A stretch of 64,000 bases of DNA from Eledone cirrhosa. Its lineage: Eukaryota. The notes under the pieces are model-generated. The model was not told where the DNA came from. It worked only from the letters and a program-made list of their open reading frames with translations, and did not search any database. Positions 18,001-36,000 of the stretch are shown piece after piece; the first letter of the stretch is position 1; the number at the start of each line of letters is the position of its first letter. A program made the position numbers and the translations under genes. The stretch spans positions 394,072,001-394,136,000 of the forward strand of contig OZ024741.1 in NCBI GenBank assembly GCA_964016885.1, in the 5' to 3' direction.

Positions 18001-21000
18001 AATATTAAAACATGTGAAGTATTATATCATAAACAATATTAACACATGTGAAGTATTATATTGTAAACAATATTAACACATGTGAAGTATTATATTGTAA
18101 ACAATATTAACACATGTGAAGTATTATATCATAAACAATATTAAAACATGTGAAATATTATATTGTAAACAATATTAACACATGTGAAGTATTATATTTT
18201 AAACAATATTAACACATGTGAAGTATTATATTGTAAACAATATTAACACATGTGAAGTATTATATTGTAAACAATATTAAATCATGTAAAGTATTATATT
18301 GTAAACAATATTAAAACATGTGAAGTATTATATCATAAACAATATTAACACATGTGAAGTATTATATGGTAAACAATATTAAAACATGTGAAGTATTATA
18401 TTGTAAACAATATTAAAACATGTGAAGTATTATATTGTAAACAATATTGACACATGTAAAGTATTATATTGTAAACAATATTAAAACATGTGAAGTATTA
18501 TATTGTAAACAATATTAACACATGTGAAGTATTATATTGTAAACAATATTAAAACATGTGAAGTATTATATTGTAAACAATATTAACACATGTAAAGTAT
18601 TATATTGTAAACAATATTAAGACATGTGAAGTATTATATTGTAAACAATATTAAAACATGTGAAATATTATATCATAAACAATATTAACACATGTGAAGT
18701 ATTATATTGTAAACAATATTAAAACATGTGAAGTATTATATTGTAAACAATATTAACACATGTGAAGTTTTATATTGTAAACAATATCAACACATGTGAA
18801 GTATTATATTGTAAACAATATTAAAACATGTGAAGTATTATATTGTAAACAATATTAACACATGTGAAGTATTATATTGTAAACAATATTAAAACATGTG
18901 AAGTATTATATTGTAAACAATATTAACACATGTGAAGTATTATATTGTAAACAATATTAACACATGTGAAGTATTATATTGTAAACAATATTAAAACATG
19001 TGAAGTATTATATTGTAAACAATATTAACACATGTAAAGTATTATATTGTAAACAATATTAAAACATGTGAAGTATTATATCATAAACAATATTAACACA
19101 TGTGAAGTATTATATTGTAACCAATATTAACACATGTGAAGTATTATATCATAAACAATATTAAAACATGTGAAGTATTATATTGTAAACAATATTAACA
19201 CATGTGAAGTATTATATTTTAAACAATATTAACACATGTGAAGTATTATATTGTAAACAATATTAACACATGTGAAGTATTATATTGTAAACAATATTAA
19301 ATCATGTGAAGTATTATATTGTAAACAATATTAACACATGTGAACTATTATATTTTAAACAATATTAAAACATGTGAAGTATTATATTGTAAACAATATT
19401 AACACATGTGAAGTATTATATTGTAAACAATATTAACACATGTGAAGTATTATATTGTAAACAATATTAAAACATGTGAAGTATTATATTGTAAACAATA
19501 TTAACACATGTAAAGTATTATATTGTAAACAATATTAAAACATGTGAAGTATTATATCATAAACAATATTAACACATGTGAAGTATTATATTGTAAACAA
19601 TATTAACACATGTGAAGTATTATATTGTAAACAATATTAAAACATGTGAAGTATTATATCATAAACAATATTAACACATGTGAAGTATTATATTGTAAAC
19701 AATATTAACACATGTGAAGTATTATATTGTAAACAATATTAACACATGTGAAGTATTATATTGTAAACAATATTAAAACATGTGAAGTATTATATCATAA
19801 ACAATATTAAAACATGTGAAATATTATATTGTAAACAATATTAAAACATGTGAAGTATTATATCATAAACAATATTAACACATGTGAAGTATTATATTGT
19901 AAACAATATTAACACATGTGAAGTATTATATTGTAAACAATATTAACACATGTGAAGTATTATATCATAAACAATATTAAAACATGTGAAATATTATATT
20001 GTAAACAATATTAACACATGTGAAGTATTATATTTTAAACAATATTAACACATGTGAAGTATTATATTGTAAACAATATTAACACATGTGAAGTATTATA
20101 TTGTAAACAATATTAAATCATGTAAAGTATTATATTGTAAACAATATTAAAACATGTGAAGTATTATATCATAAACAATATTAACACATGTGAAGTATTA
20201 TATGGTAAACAATATTAAAACATGTGAAGTATTATATTGTAAACAATATTAAAACATGTGAAGTATTATATTGTAAAAAATATTAACACATGTGAAGTAT
20301 TATATTGTAAACAATATTAACACATGTAAAGTATTATATTGTAAACAATATTAAAACATGTGAAGTATTATATCATAAACAATATTAACACATGTGAAGT
20401 ATTATATGGTAAACAATATTAAAACATGTGAAGTATTATATTGTAAACAATATTAAAACATGTGAAGTATTATATTGTAAACAATATTAACACATGTAAA
20501 GTATTATATTGTAAACAATATTAAAACATGTGAAGTATTATATCATAAACAATATTAACACATGTGAAGTATTATATTGTAAACAATATTAACACATGTG
20601 AAGTATTATATCATAAACAATATTAAAACATGTGAAATATTATATTGTAAACAATATTAACACATGTGAAGTATTATATTTTAAACAATATTAACACATG
20701 TGAAGTATTATATTGTAAACAATATTAACACATGTGAAGTATTATATTGTAAACAATATTAAATCATGTAAAGTATTATATTGTAAACAATATTAAAACA
20801 TGTGAAGTATTATATCATAAACAATATTAACACATGTGAAGTATTATATTGTAAACAATATTAAAACATGTGAAGTATTATATTGTAAACAATATTAAAA
20901 CATGTGAAGTATTATATTGTAAACAATATTAACACATGTAAAGTATTATATTGTAAACAATATTAAAACATGTGAAGTATTATGTTGTAAACAATATTAA

Positions 21001-24000
21001 CACATGTGAAGTATTATATCATAAACAATATTAAAACATGTGAAGTATTATATTGTAAACAATATTAACACATGTGAAGTATTATATTGTAAACAATATT
21101 AAAACATGTGAAGTATTATATCATAAACAATATTAACACATGTGAAGTATTATATTGTAAACAATATTAACACATGTGAAGTATTATATTGTAAACAATA
21201 TTAACACATGTGAAGTATTATATCATAAACAATATTAAAACATGTGAAATATTATATTGTAAACAATATTAACACATGTGAAGTATTATATTTTAAACAA
21301 TATTAACACATGTGAAGTATTATATTGTAAACAATATTAACACATGTGAAGTATTATATTGTAAACAATATTAAATCATGTAAAGTATTATATTGTAAAC
21401 AATATTAAAACATGTGAAGTATTATATCATAAACAATATTAACACATGTGAAGTATTATATGGTAAACAATATTAAAACATGTGAAGTATTATATTGTAA
21501 ACAATATTAAAACATGTGAAGTATTATATTGTAAACAATATTGACACATGTAAAGTATTATATTGTAAACAATATTAAAACATGTGAAGTATTATATTGT
21601 AAACAATATTAACACATGTGAAGTATTATATTGTAAACAATATTAAAACATGTGAAGTATTATATTGTAAACAATATTAACACATGTAAAGTATTATATT
21701 GTAAACAATATTAAGACATGTGAAGTATTATATTGTAAACAATATTAAAACATGTGAAATATTATATCATAAACAATATTAACACATGTGAAGTATTATA
21801 TTGTAAACAATATTAAAACATGTGAAGTATTATATTGTAAACAATATTAACACATGTGAAGTTTTATATTGTAAACAATATCAACACATGTGAAGTATTA
21901 TATTGTAAACAATATTAAAACATGTGAAGTATTATATTGTAAACAATATTAACACATGTGAAGTATTATATTGTAAACAATATTAAAACATGTGAAGTAT
22001 TATATTGTAAACAATATTAACACATGTGAAGTATTATATTGTAAACAATATTAACACATGTGAAGTATTATATTGTAAACAATATTAAAACATGTGAAGT
22101 ATTATATTGTAAACAATATTAACACATGTAAAGTATTATATTGTAAACAATATTAAAACATGTGAAGTATTATATCATAAACAATATTAACACATGTGAA
22201 GTATTATATTGTAACCAATATTAACACATGTGAAGTATTATATCATAAACAATATTAAAACATGTGAAGTATTATATTGTAAACAATATTAACACATGTG
22301 AAGTATTATATTTTAAACAATATTAACACATGTGAAGTATTATATTGTAAACAATATTAACACATGTGAAGTATTATATTGTAAACAATATTAAATCATG
22401 TGAAGTATTATATTGTAAACAATATTAACACATGTGAACTATTATATTTTAAACAATATTAAAACATGTGAAGTATTATATTGTAAACAATATTAACACA
22501 TGTGAAGTATTATATTGTAAACAATATTAACACATGTGAAGTATTATATTGTAAACAATATTAAAACATGTGAAGTATTATATTGTAAACAATATTAACA
22601 CATGTAAAGTATTATATTGTAAACAATATTAAAACATGTGAAGTATTATATCATAAACAATATTAACACATGTGAAGTATTATATTGTAAACAATATTAA
22701 CACATGTGAAGTATTATATTGTAAACAATATTAAAACATGTGAAGTATTATATCATAAACAATATTAACACATGTGAAGTATTATATTGTAAACAATATT
22801 AACACATGTGAAGTATTATATTGTAAACAATATTAACACATGTGAAGTATTATATTGTAAACAATATTAAAACATGTGAAGTATTATATCATAAACAATA
22901 TTAAAACATGTGAAATATTATATTGTAAACAATATTAAAACATGTGAAGTATTATATCATAAACAATATTAACACATGTGAAGTATTATATTGTAAACAA
23001 TATTAACACATGTGAAGTATTATATTGTAAACAATATTAACACATGTGAAGTATTATATCATAAACAATATTAAAACATGTGAAATATTATATTGTAAAC
23101 AATATTAACACATGTGAAGTATTATATTTTAAACAATATTAACACATGTGAAGTATTATATTGTAAACAATATTAACACATGTGAAGTATTATATTGTAA
23201 ACAATATTAAATCATGTAAAGTATTATATTGTAAACAATATTAAAACATGTGAAGTATTATATCATAAACAATATTAACACATGTGAAGTATTATATGGT
23301 AAACAATATTAAAACATGTGAAGTATTATATTGTAAACAATATTAAAACATGTGAAGTATTATATTGTAAACAATATTGACACATGTAAAGTATTATATT
23401 GTAAACAATATTAAAACATGTGAAGTATTATATTGTAAACAATATTAACACATGTGAAGTATTATATTGTAAACAATATTAAAACATGTGAAGTATTATA
23501 TTGTAAACAATATTAACACATGTAAAGTATTATATTGTAAACAATATTAAGACATGTGAAGTATTATATTGTAAACAATATTAAAACATGTGAAATATTA
23601 TATCATAAACAATATTAACACATGTGAAGTATTATATTGTAAACAATATTAAAACATGTGAAGTATTATATTGTAAACAATATTAACACATGTGAAGTAT
23701 TATATTGTAAACAATATCAACACATGTGAAGTATTATATTGTAAACAATATTAAAACATGTGAAGTATTATATTGTAAACAATATTAACACATGTGAAGT
23801 ATTATATTGTAAACAATATTAAAACATGTGAAGTATTATATTGTAAACAATATTAACACATGTGAAGTATTATATTGTAAACAATATTAACACATGTGAA
23901 GTATTATATTGTAAACAATATTAAAACATGTGAAGTATTATATTGTAAACAATATTAACACATGTAAAGTATTATATTGTAAACAATATTAAAACATGTG

Positions 24001-27000
24001 AAGTATTATATCATAAACAATATTAACACATGTGAAGTATTATATTGTAACCAATATTAACACATGTGAAGTATTATATCATAAACAATATTAAAACATG
24101 TGAAGTATTATATTGTAAACAATATTAACACATGTGAAGTATTATATTTTAAACAATATTAACACATGTGAAGTATTATATTGTAAACAATATTAACACA
24201 TGTGAAGTATTATATTGTAAACAATATTAAATCATGTGAAGTATTATATTGTAAACAATATTAACACATGTGAACTATTATATTTTAAACAATATTAAAA
24301 CATGTGAAGTATTATATTGTAAACAATATTAACACATGTGAAGTATTATATTGTAAACAATATTAACACATCTGAAGTATTATATTGTAAACAATATTAA
24401 AACATGTGAAGTATTATATTGTAAACAATATTAACACATGTAAAGTATTATATTGTAAACAATATTAAAACATGTGAAGTATTATATCATAAACAATATT
24501 AACACATGTGAAGTATTATATTGTAAACAATATTAACACATGTGAAGTATTATATTGTAAACAATATTAAAACATGTGAAGTATTATATCATAAACAATA
24601 TTAACACATGTGAAGTATTATATTGTAAACAATATTAACACATGTGAAGTATTATATTGTAAACAATATTAACACATGTGAAGTATTATATTGTAAACAA
24701 TATTAAAACATGTGAAGTATTATATTGTAAACAATATTAAAACATGTGAAGTATTATATTGTAAAAAATATTAACACATGTGAAGTATTATATTGTAAAC
24801 AATATTAAAACATGTGAAGTATTATATTGTAAACAATATAAACACATGTGAAGTATTATATTGTAAACAATATTAACACATGTGAAGTATTATATTGTAA
24901 ACAATATTAAAACATGTGAAGTATTATATTGTAAACAATATTAACACATGTAAAGTATTATATTGTAAACAATATTAAAACATGTGAAGTATTATATCAT
25001 AAACAATATTAACACATGTGAAGTATTATATTGTAAACAATATTAACACATGTGAAGTATTATATCATAAACAATATTAAAACATGTGAAATATTATATT
25101 GTAAACAATATTAACACATGTGAAGTATTATATTTTAAACAATATTAACACATGTGAAGTATTATATTGTAAACAATATTAACACATGTGAAGTATTATA
25201 TTGTAAACAATATTAAATCATGTAAAGTATTATATTGTAAACAATATTAAAACATGTGAAGTATTATATCATAAACAATATTAACACATGTGAAGTATTA
25301 TATGGTAGACAATATTAAAACATGTGAAGTATTATATTGTAAACAATATTAAAACATGTGAAGTATTATATTGTAAACAATATTAACACATGTGAAGTAT
25401 TATATTTTAAACAATATTAACACATGTGAAGTATTATATTGTAAACAATATTAAAACATGTGAAGTATTATATTGTAAACAATATTAACACATGTAAAGT
25501 ATTATATTGTAAACAATATTAAAACATGTGAAGTATTATATCATAAACAATATTAACACATGTGAAGTATTATATTGTAAACAATATTCACACATGTGGA
25601 GTATTATATTGTAAACAATATTAAAACATGTGAAGTATTATATTGTAAACAATATTAACACATGTAAAGTATTATATTGTAAACAATATTAAAACATGTG
25701 AAGTATTATATCATAAACAATATTAACACATGTGAAGTATTATATTGTAAACAATATTAAAACATGTGAAGTATTATATTGTAAACAATATTAACACATG
25801 TAAAGTATTATATTGTAAACAATATTAAAACATGTGAAGTATTATATCATAAACAATATTAACACATGTGAAGTATTATATTGTAAACAATATTAAAACA
25901 TGTGAAGTATTATATTGTAAACAATATTAAAACATGTGAAGTATTATATCATAAACAATATTAACACACGTGAAGTATTATATGGTAAACAATATTAAAA
26001 CATGTGAAGTATTATATTGTAAACAATATTAAAACATGTGAAGTATTATATTGTAAACAATATTAACACACGTAAAGTATTATATTGTAAACAATATTAA
26101 AACATGTGAAGTATTATATTGTATACAATATTAACACATGTGAAGTATTATATTGTAAACAATATTAAAACATGTGAAGTATTATATTGTAAACAATATT
26201 AACACATGTAAAGTATTATATTGTAAACAATATTAAAACATGTGAAGTATTATATTGTAAACAATATTAAAACATGTGAAGTATTATATCATAAACAATA
26301 TTAACACATGTGAAGTATTATATTGTAAACAATATAAAAACATGTGAAGTATTATATTGTAAACAATATTAACACATGTGAAGTATTATATTGTAAACAA
26401 TATTAACACATGTGAAGTATTATATTGTAAACAATATTAAAACATGTGAAGTATTATATTGTAAACAATATTAACACATGTGAAGTATTATATTGTAAAC
26501 AATATTAAAACATGTGAAGTATTATATTGTAAACAATAGTAACACATGTGAAGTATTATATTGTAAACAATATTAACACATGTGAAGTATTATATTGTAA
26601 ACAATATTAAAACATGTGAAGTATTATATTGTAAATAATATTAACACATGTGAAGTGTTATATTTTAAACAATATTAACACATGTGAAGTATTATATTGT
26701 AAACAATATTAACACATGTGAAGTATTATATTGTAAACAATATCAAATCATGTCAAGTATTATATTGTAAACAATATTAACACATGTGAAGTAGTATATT
26801 GTAAACAATATTAAAACATGTGAAGTATTATATTGTAAACAATATTAAAACATGTGAAGTATTATATTGTAAACAATATTAACACATGTAAAGTATTATA
26901 TTGTAAACAATATTAAAACATGTGAAGTATTATGTTGTAAACAATATTAACACATGTGAAGTATTATATCATAAACAATATTAAAACATGTGAAGTATTA

Positions 27001-30000
27001 TATTGTAAACAATATTAACACATGTGAAGTATTATATTGTAAACAATATTAAAACATGTGAAGTATTATATCATAAACAATATTAACACATGTGAAGTAT
27101 TATATTGTAAACAATATTAACACATGTGAAGTATTATATTGTAAACAATATTAACACATGTGAAGTATTATATCATAAACAATATTAAAACATGTGAAAT
27201 ATTATATTGTAAACAATATTAACACATGTGAAGTATTATATTTTAAACAATATTAACACATGTGAAGTATTATATTGTAAACAATATTAACACATGTGAA
27301 GTATTATATTGTAAACAATATTAAATCATGTAAAGTATTATATTGTAAACAATATTAAAACATGTGAAGTATTATATCATAAACAATATTAACACATGTG
27401 AAGTATTATATGGTAAACAATATTAAAACATGTGAAGTATTATATTGTAAACAATATTAAAACATGTGAAGTATTATATTGTAAACAATATTGACACATG
27501 TAAAGTATTATATTGTAAACAATATTAAAACATGTGAAGTACTATATTGTAAACAATATTAACACATGTGAAGTATTATATTGTAAACAATATTAAAACA
27601 TGTGAAGTATTATATTGTAAACAATATTAACACACGTGAAGTATTATATTGTAAACAATATTAAGACATGTGAAGTATTATATTGTAAACAATATTAAAA
27701 CATGTGAAATATTATATCATAAACAATGTTAACACATGTGAAGTATTATATTGTAAACAATATTAAAACATGTGAAGTATTATATTGTAAACAATATTAA
27801 CACATGTGAAGTATTATATTGTAAACAATATCAACACATGTGAAGTATTATATTGTAAACAATATTAAAACATTTGAAGTATTATATTGTAAACAATATT
27901 AACACATGTGAAGTATTATATTGTAAACAATATTAAAACATGTGAAGTATTATATTGTAAACAATATTAACACATGTGAAGTATTATATTGTAAACAATA
28001 TTAACACATGTGAAGTATTATATTGTAAACAATATTAAAACATGTGAAGTATTATATTGTAAACAATATTAACACATGTAAAGTATTATATTGTAAACAA
28101 TATTAAAACATGTGAAGTATTATATCATAAACAATATTAACACATGTGAAGTATTATATTGTAACCAATATTAACACATGTGAAGTATTATATCATAAAC
28201 AATATTAAAACATGTGAAGTATTATATTGTAAACAATATTAACACATGTGAAGTATTATATTTTAAACAATATTAACACATGTGAAGTATTATATTGTAA
28301 ACAATATTAACACATGTGAAGTATTATATTGTAAACAATATTAAATCATGTGAAGTATTATATTGTAAACAATATTAACACATGTGAACTATTATATTTT
28401 AAACAATATTAAAACATGTGAAGTATTATATTGTAAACAATATTAACACATGTGAAGTATTATATTGTAAACAATATTAACACATGTGAAGTATTATATT
28501 GTAAACAATATTAAAACATGTGAAGTATTATATTGTAAACAATATTAACACATGTAAAGTATTATATTGTAAACAATATTAAAACATGTGAAGTATTATA
28601 TCATAAACAATATTAACACATGTGAAGTATTATATTGTAAACAATATTAACACATGTGAAGTATTATATTGTAAACAATATTAAAACATGTGAAGTATTA
28701 TATCATAAACAATATTAACACATGTGAAGTATTATATTGTAAACAATATTAACACATGTGAAGTATTATATTGTAAACAATATTAACACATGTGAAGTAT
28801 TATATTGTAAACAATATTAAAACATGTGAAGTATTATATTGTAAACAATATTAAAACATGTGAAGTATTATATTGTAAAAAATATTAACACATGTGAAGT
28901 ATTATATTGTAAACAATATTAAAACATGTGAAGTATTATATTGTAAACAATATAAACACATGTGAAGTATTATATTGTAAACAATATTAACACATGTGAA
29001 GTATTATATTGTAAACAATATTAAAACATGTGAAGTATTATATTGTAAACAATATTAACACATGTAAAGTATTATATTGTAAACAATATTAAAACATGTG
29101 AAGTATTATATCATAAACAATATTAACACATGTGAAGTATTATATTGTAAACAATATTAACACATGTTAAGTATTATATCATAAACAATATTAAAACATG
29201 TGAAATATTATATTGTAAACAATATTAACACATGTGAAGTATTATATTTTAAACAATATTAACACATGTGAAGTATTATATTGTAAACAATTTTAACACA
29301 TGTGAAGTATTATATTGTAAACAATATTAAATCATGTAAAGTATTATATTGTAAACAATATTAAAACATGTGAAGTATTATATCATAAACAATATTAACA
29401 CATGTGAAGTATTATATTGTAAACAATATTAAAACATGTGAAGTATTATATTGTAAACAATATTAAAACATGTGAAGTATTATATTGTAAACAATATTAA
29501 CACATGTAAAGTATTATATTGTAAACAATATTAAAACATGTGAAGTATTATGTTGTAAACAATATTAACACATGTGAAGTATTATATCATAAACAATATT
29601 AAAACATGTGAAGTATTATATTGTAAACATTATTAACACATGTGAAGTATTATATTGTAAACAATATTAAAACATGTGAAGTATTATATCATAAACAATA
29701 TTAACACATGTGAAGTATTATATTGTAAACAATATTAACACATGTGAAGTATTATATTGTAAACAATATTAACACATGTGAAGTATTATATCATAAACAA
29801 TATTAAAACATGTGAAATATTATATTGTAAACAATATTAACACATGTGAAGTATTATATTTTAAACAATATTAACACATGTGAAGTATTATATTGTAAAC
29901 AATATTAACACATGTGAAGTATTATATTGTAAACAATATTAAATCATGTAAATATTATATTGTAAACAATATTAAAACATGTGAAGTATTATATCATAAA

Positions 30001-33000
30001 CAATATTAACACATGTGAAGTATTATATGGTAAACAATATTAAAACATGTGAAGTATTATATTGTAAACAATATTAAAACATGTGAAGTATTATATTGTA
30101 AACAATATTGACACATGTAAAGTATTATATTGTAAACAATATTAAAACATGTGAAGTATTATATTGTAAACAATATTAACACATGTGAAGTATTATATTG
30201 TAAACAATATTAAAACATGTGAAGTATTATATTGTAAACAATATTAACACATGTAAAGTATTATATTGTAAACAATATTAAGACATGTGAAGTATTATAT
30301 TGTAAACAATATTAAAACATGTGAAATATTATATCATAAACAATATTAACACATGTGAAGTATTATATTGTAAACAATATTAAAACATGTGAAGTATTAT
30401 ATTGTAAACAATATTAACACATGTGAAGTATTATATTGTAAACAATATCAACACATGTGAAGTATTATATTGTAAACAATATTAAAACATGTGAAGTATT
30501 ATATTGTAAACAATATTAACACATGTGAAGTATTATATTGTAAACAATATTAAAACATGTGAAGTATTATATCATAAACAATATTAACACATGTGAAGTA
30601 TTATATTGTAACCAATATTAACACATGTGAAGTATTATATCATAAACAATATTAAAACATGTGAAGTATTATATTGTAAACAATATTAACACATGTGAAG
30701 TATTATATTTTAAACAATATTAACACATGTGAAGTATTATATTGTAAACAATATTAACACATGTGAAGTATTATATTGTAAACAATATTAAATCATGTGA
30801 AGTATTATATTGTAAACAATATTAACACATGTGAACTATTATATTTTAAACAATATTAAAACATGTGAAGTATTATATTGTAAACAATATTAACACATGT
30901 GAAGTATTATATTGTAAACAATATTAACACATCTGAAGTATTATATTGTAAACAATATTAAAACATGTGAAGTATTATATTGTAAACAATATTAACACAT
31001 GTAAAGTATTATATTGTAAACAATATTAAAACATGTGAAGTATTATATCATAAACAATATTAACACATGTGAAGTATTATATTGTAAACAATATTAACAC
31101 ATGTGAAGTATTATATTGTAAACAATATTAAAACATGTGAAGTATTATATCATAAACAATATTAACACATGTGAAGTATTATATTGTAAACAATATTAAC
31201 ACATGTGAAGTATTATATTGTAAACAATATTAACACATGTGAAGTATTATATTGTAAACAATATTAAAACATGTGAAGTATTATATTGTAAACAATATTA
31301 AAACATGTGAAGTATTATATTGTAAAAAATATTAACACATGTGAAGTATTATATTGTAAACAATATTAAAACATGTGAAGTATTATATTGTAAACAATAT
31401 AAACACATGTGAAGTATTATATTGTAAACAATATTAACACATGTGAAGTATTATATTGTAAACAATATTAAAACATGTGAAGTATTATATTGTAAACAAT
31501 ATTAACACATGTAAAGTATTATATTGTAAACAATATTAAAACATGTGAAGTATTATATCATAAACAATATTAACACATGTGAAGTATTATATTGTAAACA
31601 ATATTAACACATGTGAAGTATTATATCATAAACAATATTAAAACATGTGAAATATTATATTGTAAACAATATTAACACATGCGAAGTATTATATTTTAAA
31701 CAATATTAACACATGTGAAGTATTATATTGTAAACAATATTAACACATGTGAAGTATTATATTGTAAACAATATTAAATCATGTAAAGTATTATATTGTA
31801 AACAATATTAAAACATGTGAAGTATTATATCATAAACAATATTAACACATGTGAAGTATTATATGGTAGACAATATTAAAACATGTGAAGTATTATATTG
31901 TAAACAATATTAAAACATGTGAAGTATTATATTGTAAACAATATTAACACATGTGAAGTATTATATTTTAAACAATATTAACACATGTGAAGTATTATAT
32001 TGTAAACAATATTAAAACATGTGAAGTATTATATTGTAAACAATATTAACACATGTAAAGTATTATATTGTAAACAATATTAAAACATGTGAAGTATTAT
32101 ATCATAAACAATATTAACACATGTGAAGTATTATATTGTAAACAATATTCACACATGTGGAGTATTATATTGTAAACAATATTAAAACATGTGAAGTATT
32201 ATATTGTAAACAATATTAACACATGTAAAGTATTATATTGTAAACAATATTAAAACATGTGAAGTATTATATCATAAACAATATTAACACATGTGAAGTA
32301 TTATATTGTAAACAATATTAAAACATGTGAAGTATTATATTGTAAACAATATTAACACATGTAAAGTATTATATTGTAAACAATATTAAAACATGTGAAG
32401 TATTATATCATAAACAATATTAACACATGTGAAGTATTATATTGTAAACAATATTAAAACATGTGAAGTATTATATTGTAAACAATATTAAAACATGTGA
32501 AGTATTATATCATAAACAATATTAACACACGTGAAGTATTATATGGTAAACAATATTAAAACATGTGAAGTATTATATTGTAAACAATATTAAAACATGT
32601 GAAGTATTATATTGTAAACAATATTAACACACGTAAAGTATTATATTGTAAACAATATTAAAACATGTGAAGTATTATATTGTATACAATATTAACACAT
32701 GTGAAGTATTATATTGTAAACAATATTAAAACATGTGAAGTATTATATTGTAAACAATATTAACACATGTAAAGTATTATATTGTAAACAATATTAAAAC
32801 ATGTGAAGTATTATATTGTAAACAATATTAAAACATGTGAAGTATTATATCATAAACAATATTAACACATGTGAAGTATTATATTGTAAACAATATAAAA
32901 ACATGTGAAGTATTATATTGTAAACAATATTAACACATGTGAAGTATTATATTGTAAACAATATTAACACATGTGAAGTATTATATTGTAAACAATATTA

Positions 33001-36000
33001 AAACATGTGAAGTATTATATTGTAAACAATATTAACACATGTGAAGTATTATATTGTAAACAATATTAAAACATGTGAAGTATTATATTGTAAACAATAG
33101 TAACACATGTGAAGTATTATATTGTAAACAATATTAACACATGTGAAGTATTATATTGTAAACAATATTAAAACATGTGAAGTATTATATTGTAAATAAT
33201 ATTAACACATGTGAAGTGTTATATTTTAAACAATATTAACACATGTGAAGTATTATATTGTAAACAATATTAACACATGTGAAGTATTATATTGTAAACA
33301 ATATCAAATCATGTCAAGTATTATATTGTAAACAATATTAACACATGTGAAGTATTATATTGTAAACAATATTAAAACATGTGAAGTATTATATTGTAAA
33401 CAATATTAAAACATGTGAAGTATTATATTGTAAACAATATTAACACATGTAAAGTATTATATTGTAAACAATATTAAAACATGTGAAGTATTATGTTGTA
33501 AACAATATTAACACATGTGAAGTATTATATCATAAACAATATTAAAACATGTGAAGTATTATATTGTAAACAATATTAACACATGTGAAGTATTATATTG
33601 TAAACAATATTAAAACATGTGAAGTATTATATCATAAACAATATTAACACATGTGAAGTATTATATTGTAAACAATATTAACACATGTGAAGTATTATAT
33701 TGTAAACAATATTAACACATGTGAAGTATTATATCATAAACAATATTAAAACATGTGAAATATTATATTGTAAACAATATTAACACATGTGAAGTATTAT
33801 ATTTTAAACAATATTAACACATGTGAAGTATTATATTGTAAACAATATTAACACATGTGAAGTATTATATTGTAAACAATATTAAATCATGTAAAGTATT
33901 ATATTGTAAACAATATTAAAACATGTGAAGTATTATATCATAAACAATATTAACACATGTGAAGTATTATATGGTAAACAATATTAAAACATGTGAAGTA
34001 TTATATTGTAAACAATATTAAAACATGTGAAGTATTATATTGTAAACAATATTGACACATGTAAAGTATTATATTGTAAACAATATTAAAACATGTGAAG
34101 TATTATATTGTAAACAATATTAACACATGTGAAGTATTATATTGTAAACAATATTAAAACATGTGAAGTATTATATTGTAAACAATATTAACACATGTAA
34201 AGTATTATATTGTAAACAATATTAAGACATGTGAAGTATTATATTGTAAACAATATTAAAACATGTGAAATATTATATCATAAACAATGTTAACACATGT
34301 GAAGTATTATATTGTAAACAATATTAAAACATGTGAAGTATTATATTGTAAACAATATTAACACATGTGAAGTATTATATTGTAAACAATATCAACACAT
34401 GTGAAGTATTATATTGTAAACAATATTAAAACATTTGAAGTATTATATTGTAAACAATATTAACACATGTGAAGTATTATATTGTAAACAATATTAAAAC
34501 ATGTGAAGTATTATATTGTAAACAATATTAACACATGTGAAGTATTATATTGTAAACAATATTAACACATGTGAAGTATTATATTGTAAACAATATTAAA
34601 ACATGTGAAGTATTATATTGTAAACAATATTAACACATGTAAAGTATTATATTGTAAACAATATTAAAACATGTGAAGTATTATATCATAAACAATATTA
34701 ACACATGTGAAGTATTATATTGTAACCAATATTAACACATGTGAAGTATTATATCATAAACAATATTAAAACATGTGAAGTATTATATTGTAAACAATAT
34801 TAACACATGTGAAGTATTATATTTTAAACAATATTAACACATGTGAAGTATTATATTGTAAACAATATTAACACATGTGAAGTATTATATTGTAAACAAT
34901 ATTAAATCATGTGAAGTATTATATTGTAAACAATATTAACACATGTGAACTATTATATTTTAAACAATATTAAAACATGTGAAGTATTATATTGTAAACA
35001 ATATTAACACATGTGAAGTATTATATTGTAAACAATATTAACACATGTGAAGTATTATATTGTAAACAATATTAAAACATGTGAAGTATTATATTGTAAA
35101 CAATATTAACACATGTAAAGTATTATATTGTAAACAATATTAAAACATGTGAAGTATTATATCATAAACAATATTAACACATGTGAAGTATTATATTGTA
35201 AACAATATTAACACATGTGAAGTATTATATTGTAAACAATATTAAAACATGTGAAGTATTATATCATAAACAATATTAACACATGTGAAGTATTATATTG
35301 TAAACAATATTAACACATGTGAAGTATTATATTGTAAACAATATTAACACATGTGAAGTATTATATTGTAAACAATATTAAAACATGTGAAGTATTATAT
35401 TGTAAACAATATTAAAACATGTGAAGTATTATATTGTAAAAAATATTAACACATGTGAAGTATTATATTGTAAACAATATTAAAACATGTGAAGTATTAT
35501 ATTGTAAACAATATAAACACATGTGAAGTATTATATTGTAAACAATATTAACACATGTGAAGTATTATATTGTAAACAATATTAAAACATGTGAAGTATT
35601 ATATTGTAAACAATATTAACACATGTAAAGTATTATATTGTAAACAATATTAAAACATGTGAAGTATTATATCATAAACAATATTAACACATGTGAAGTA
35701 TTATATTGTAAACAATATTAACACATGTGAAGTATTATATCATAAACAATATTAAAACATGTGAAATATTATATTGTAAACAATATTAACACATGTGAAG
35801 TATTATATTTTAAACAATATTAACACATGTGAAGTATTATATTGTAAACAATTTTAACACATGTGAAGTATTATATTGTAAACAATATTAAATCATGTAA
35901 AGTATTATATTGTAAACAATATTAAAACATGTGAAGTATTATATCATAAACAATATTAACACATGTGAAGTATTATATTGTAAACAATATTAAAACATGT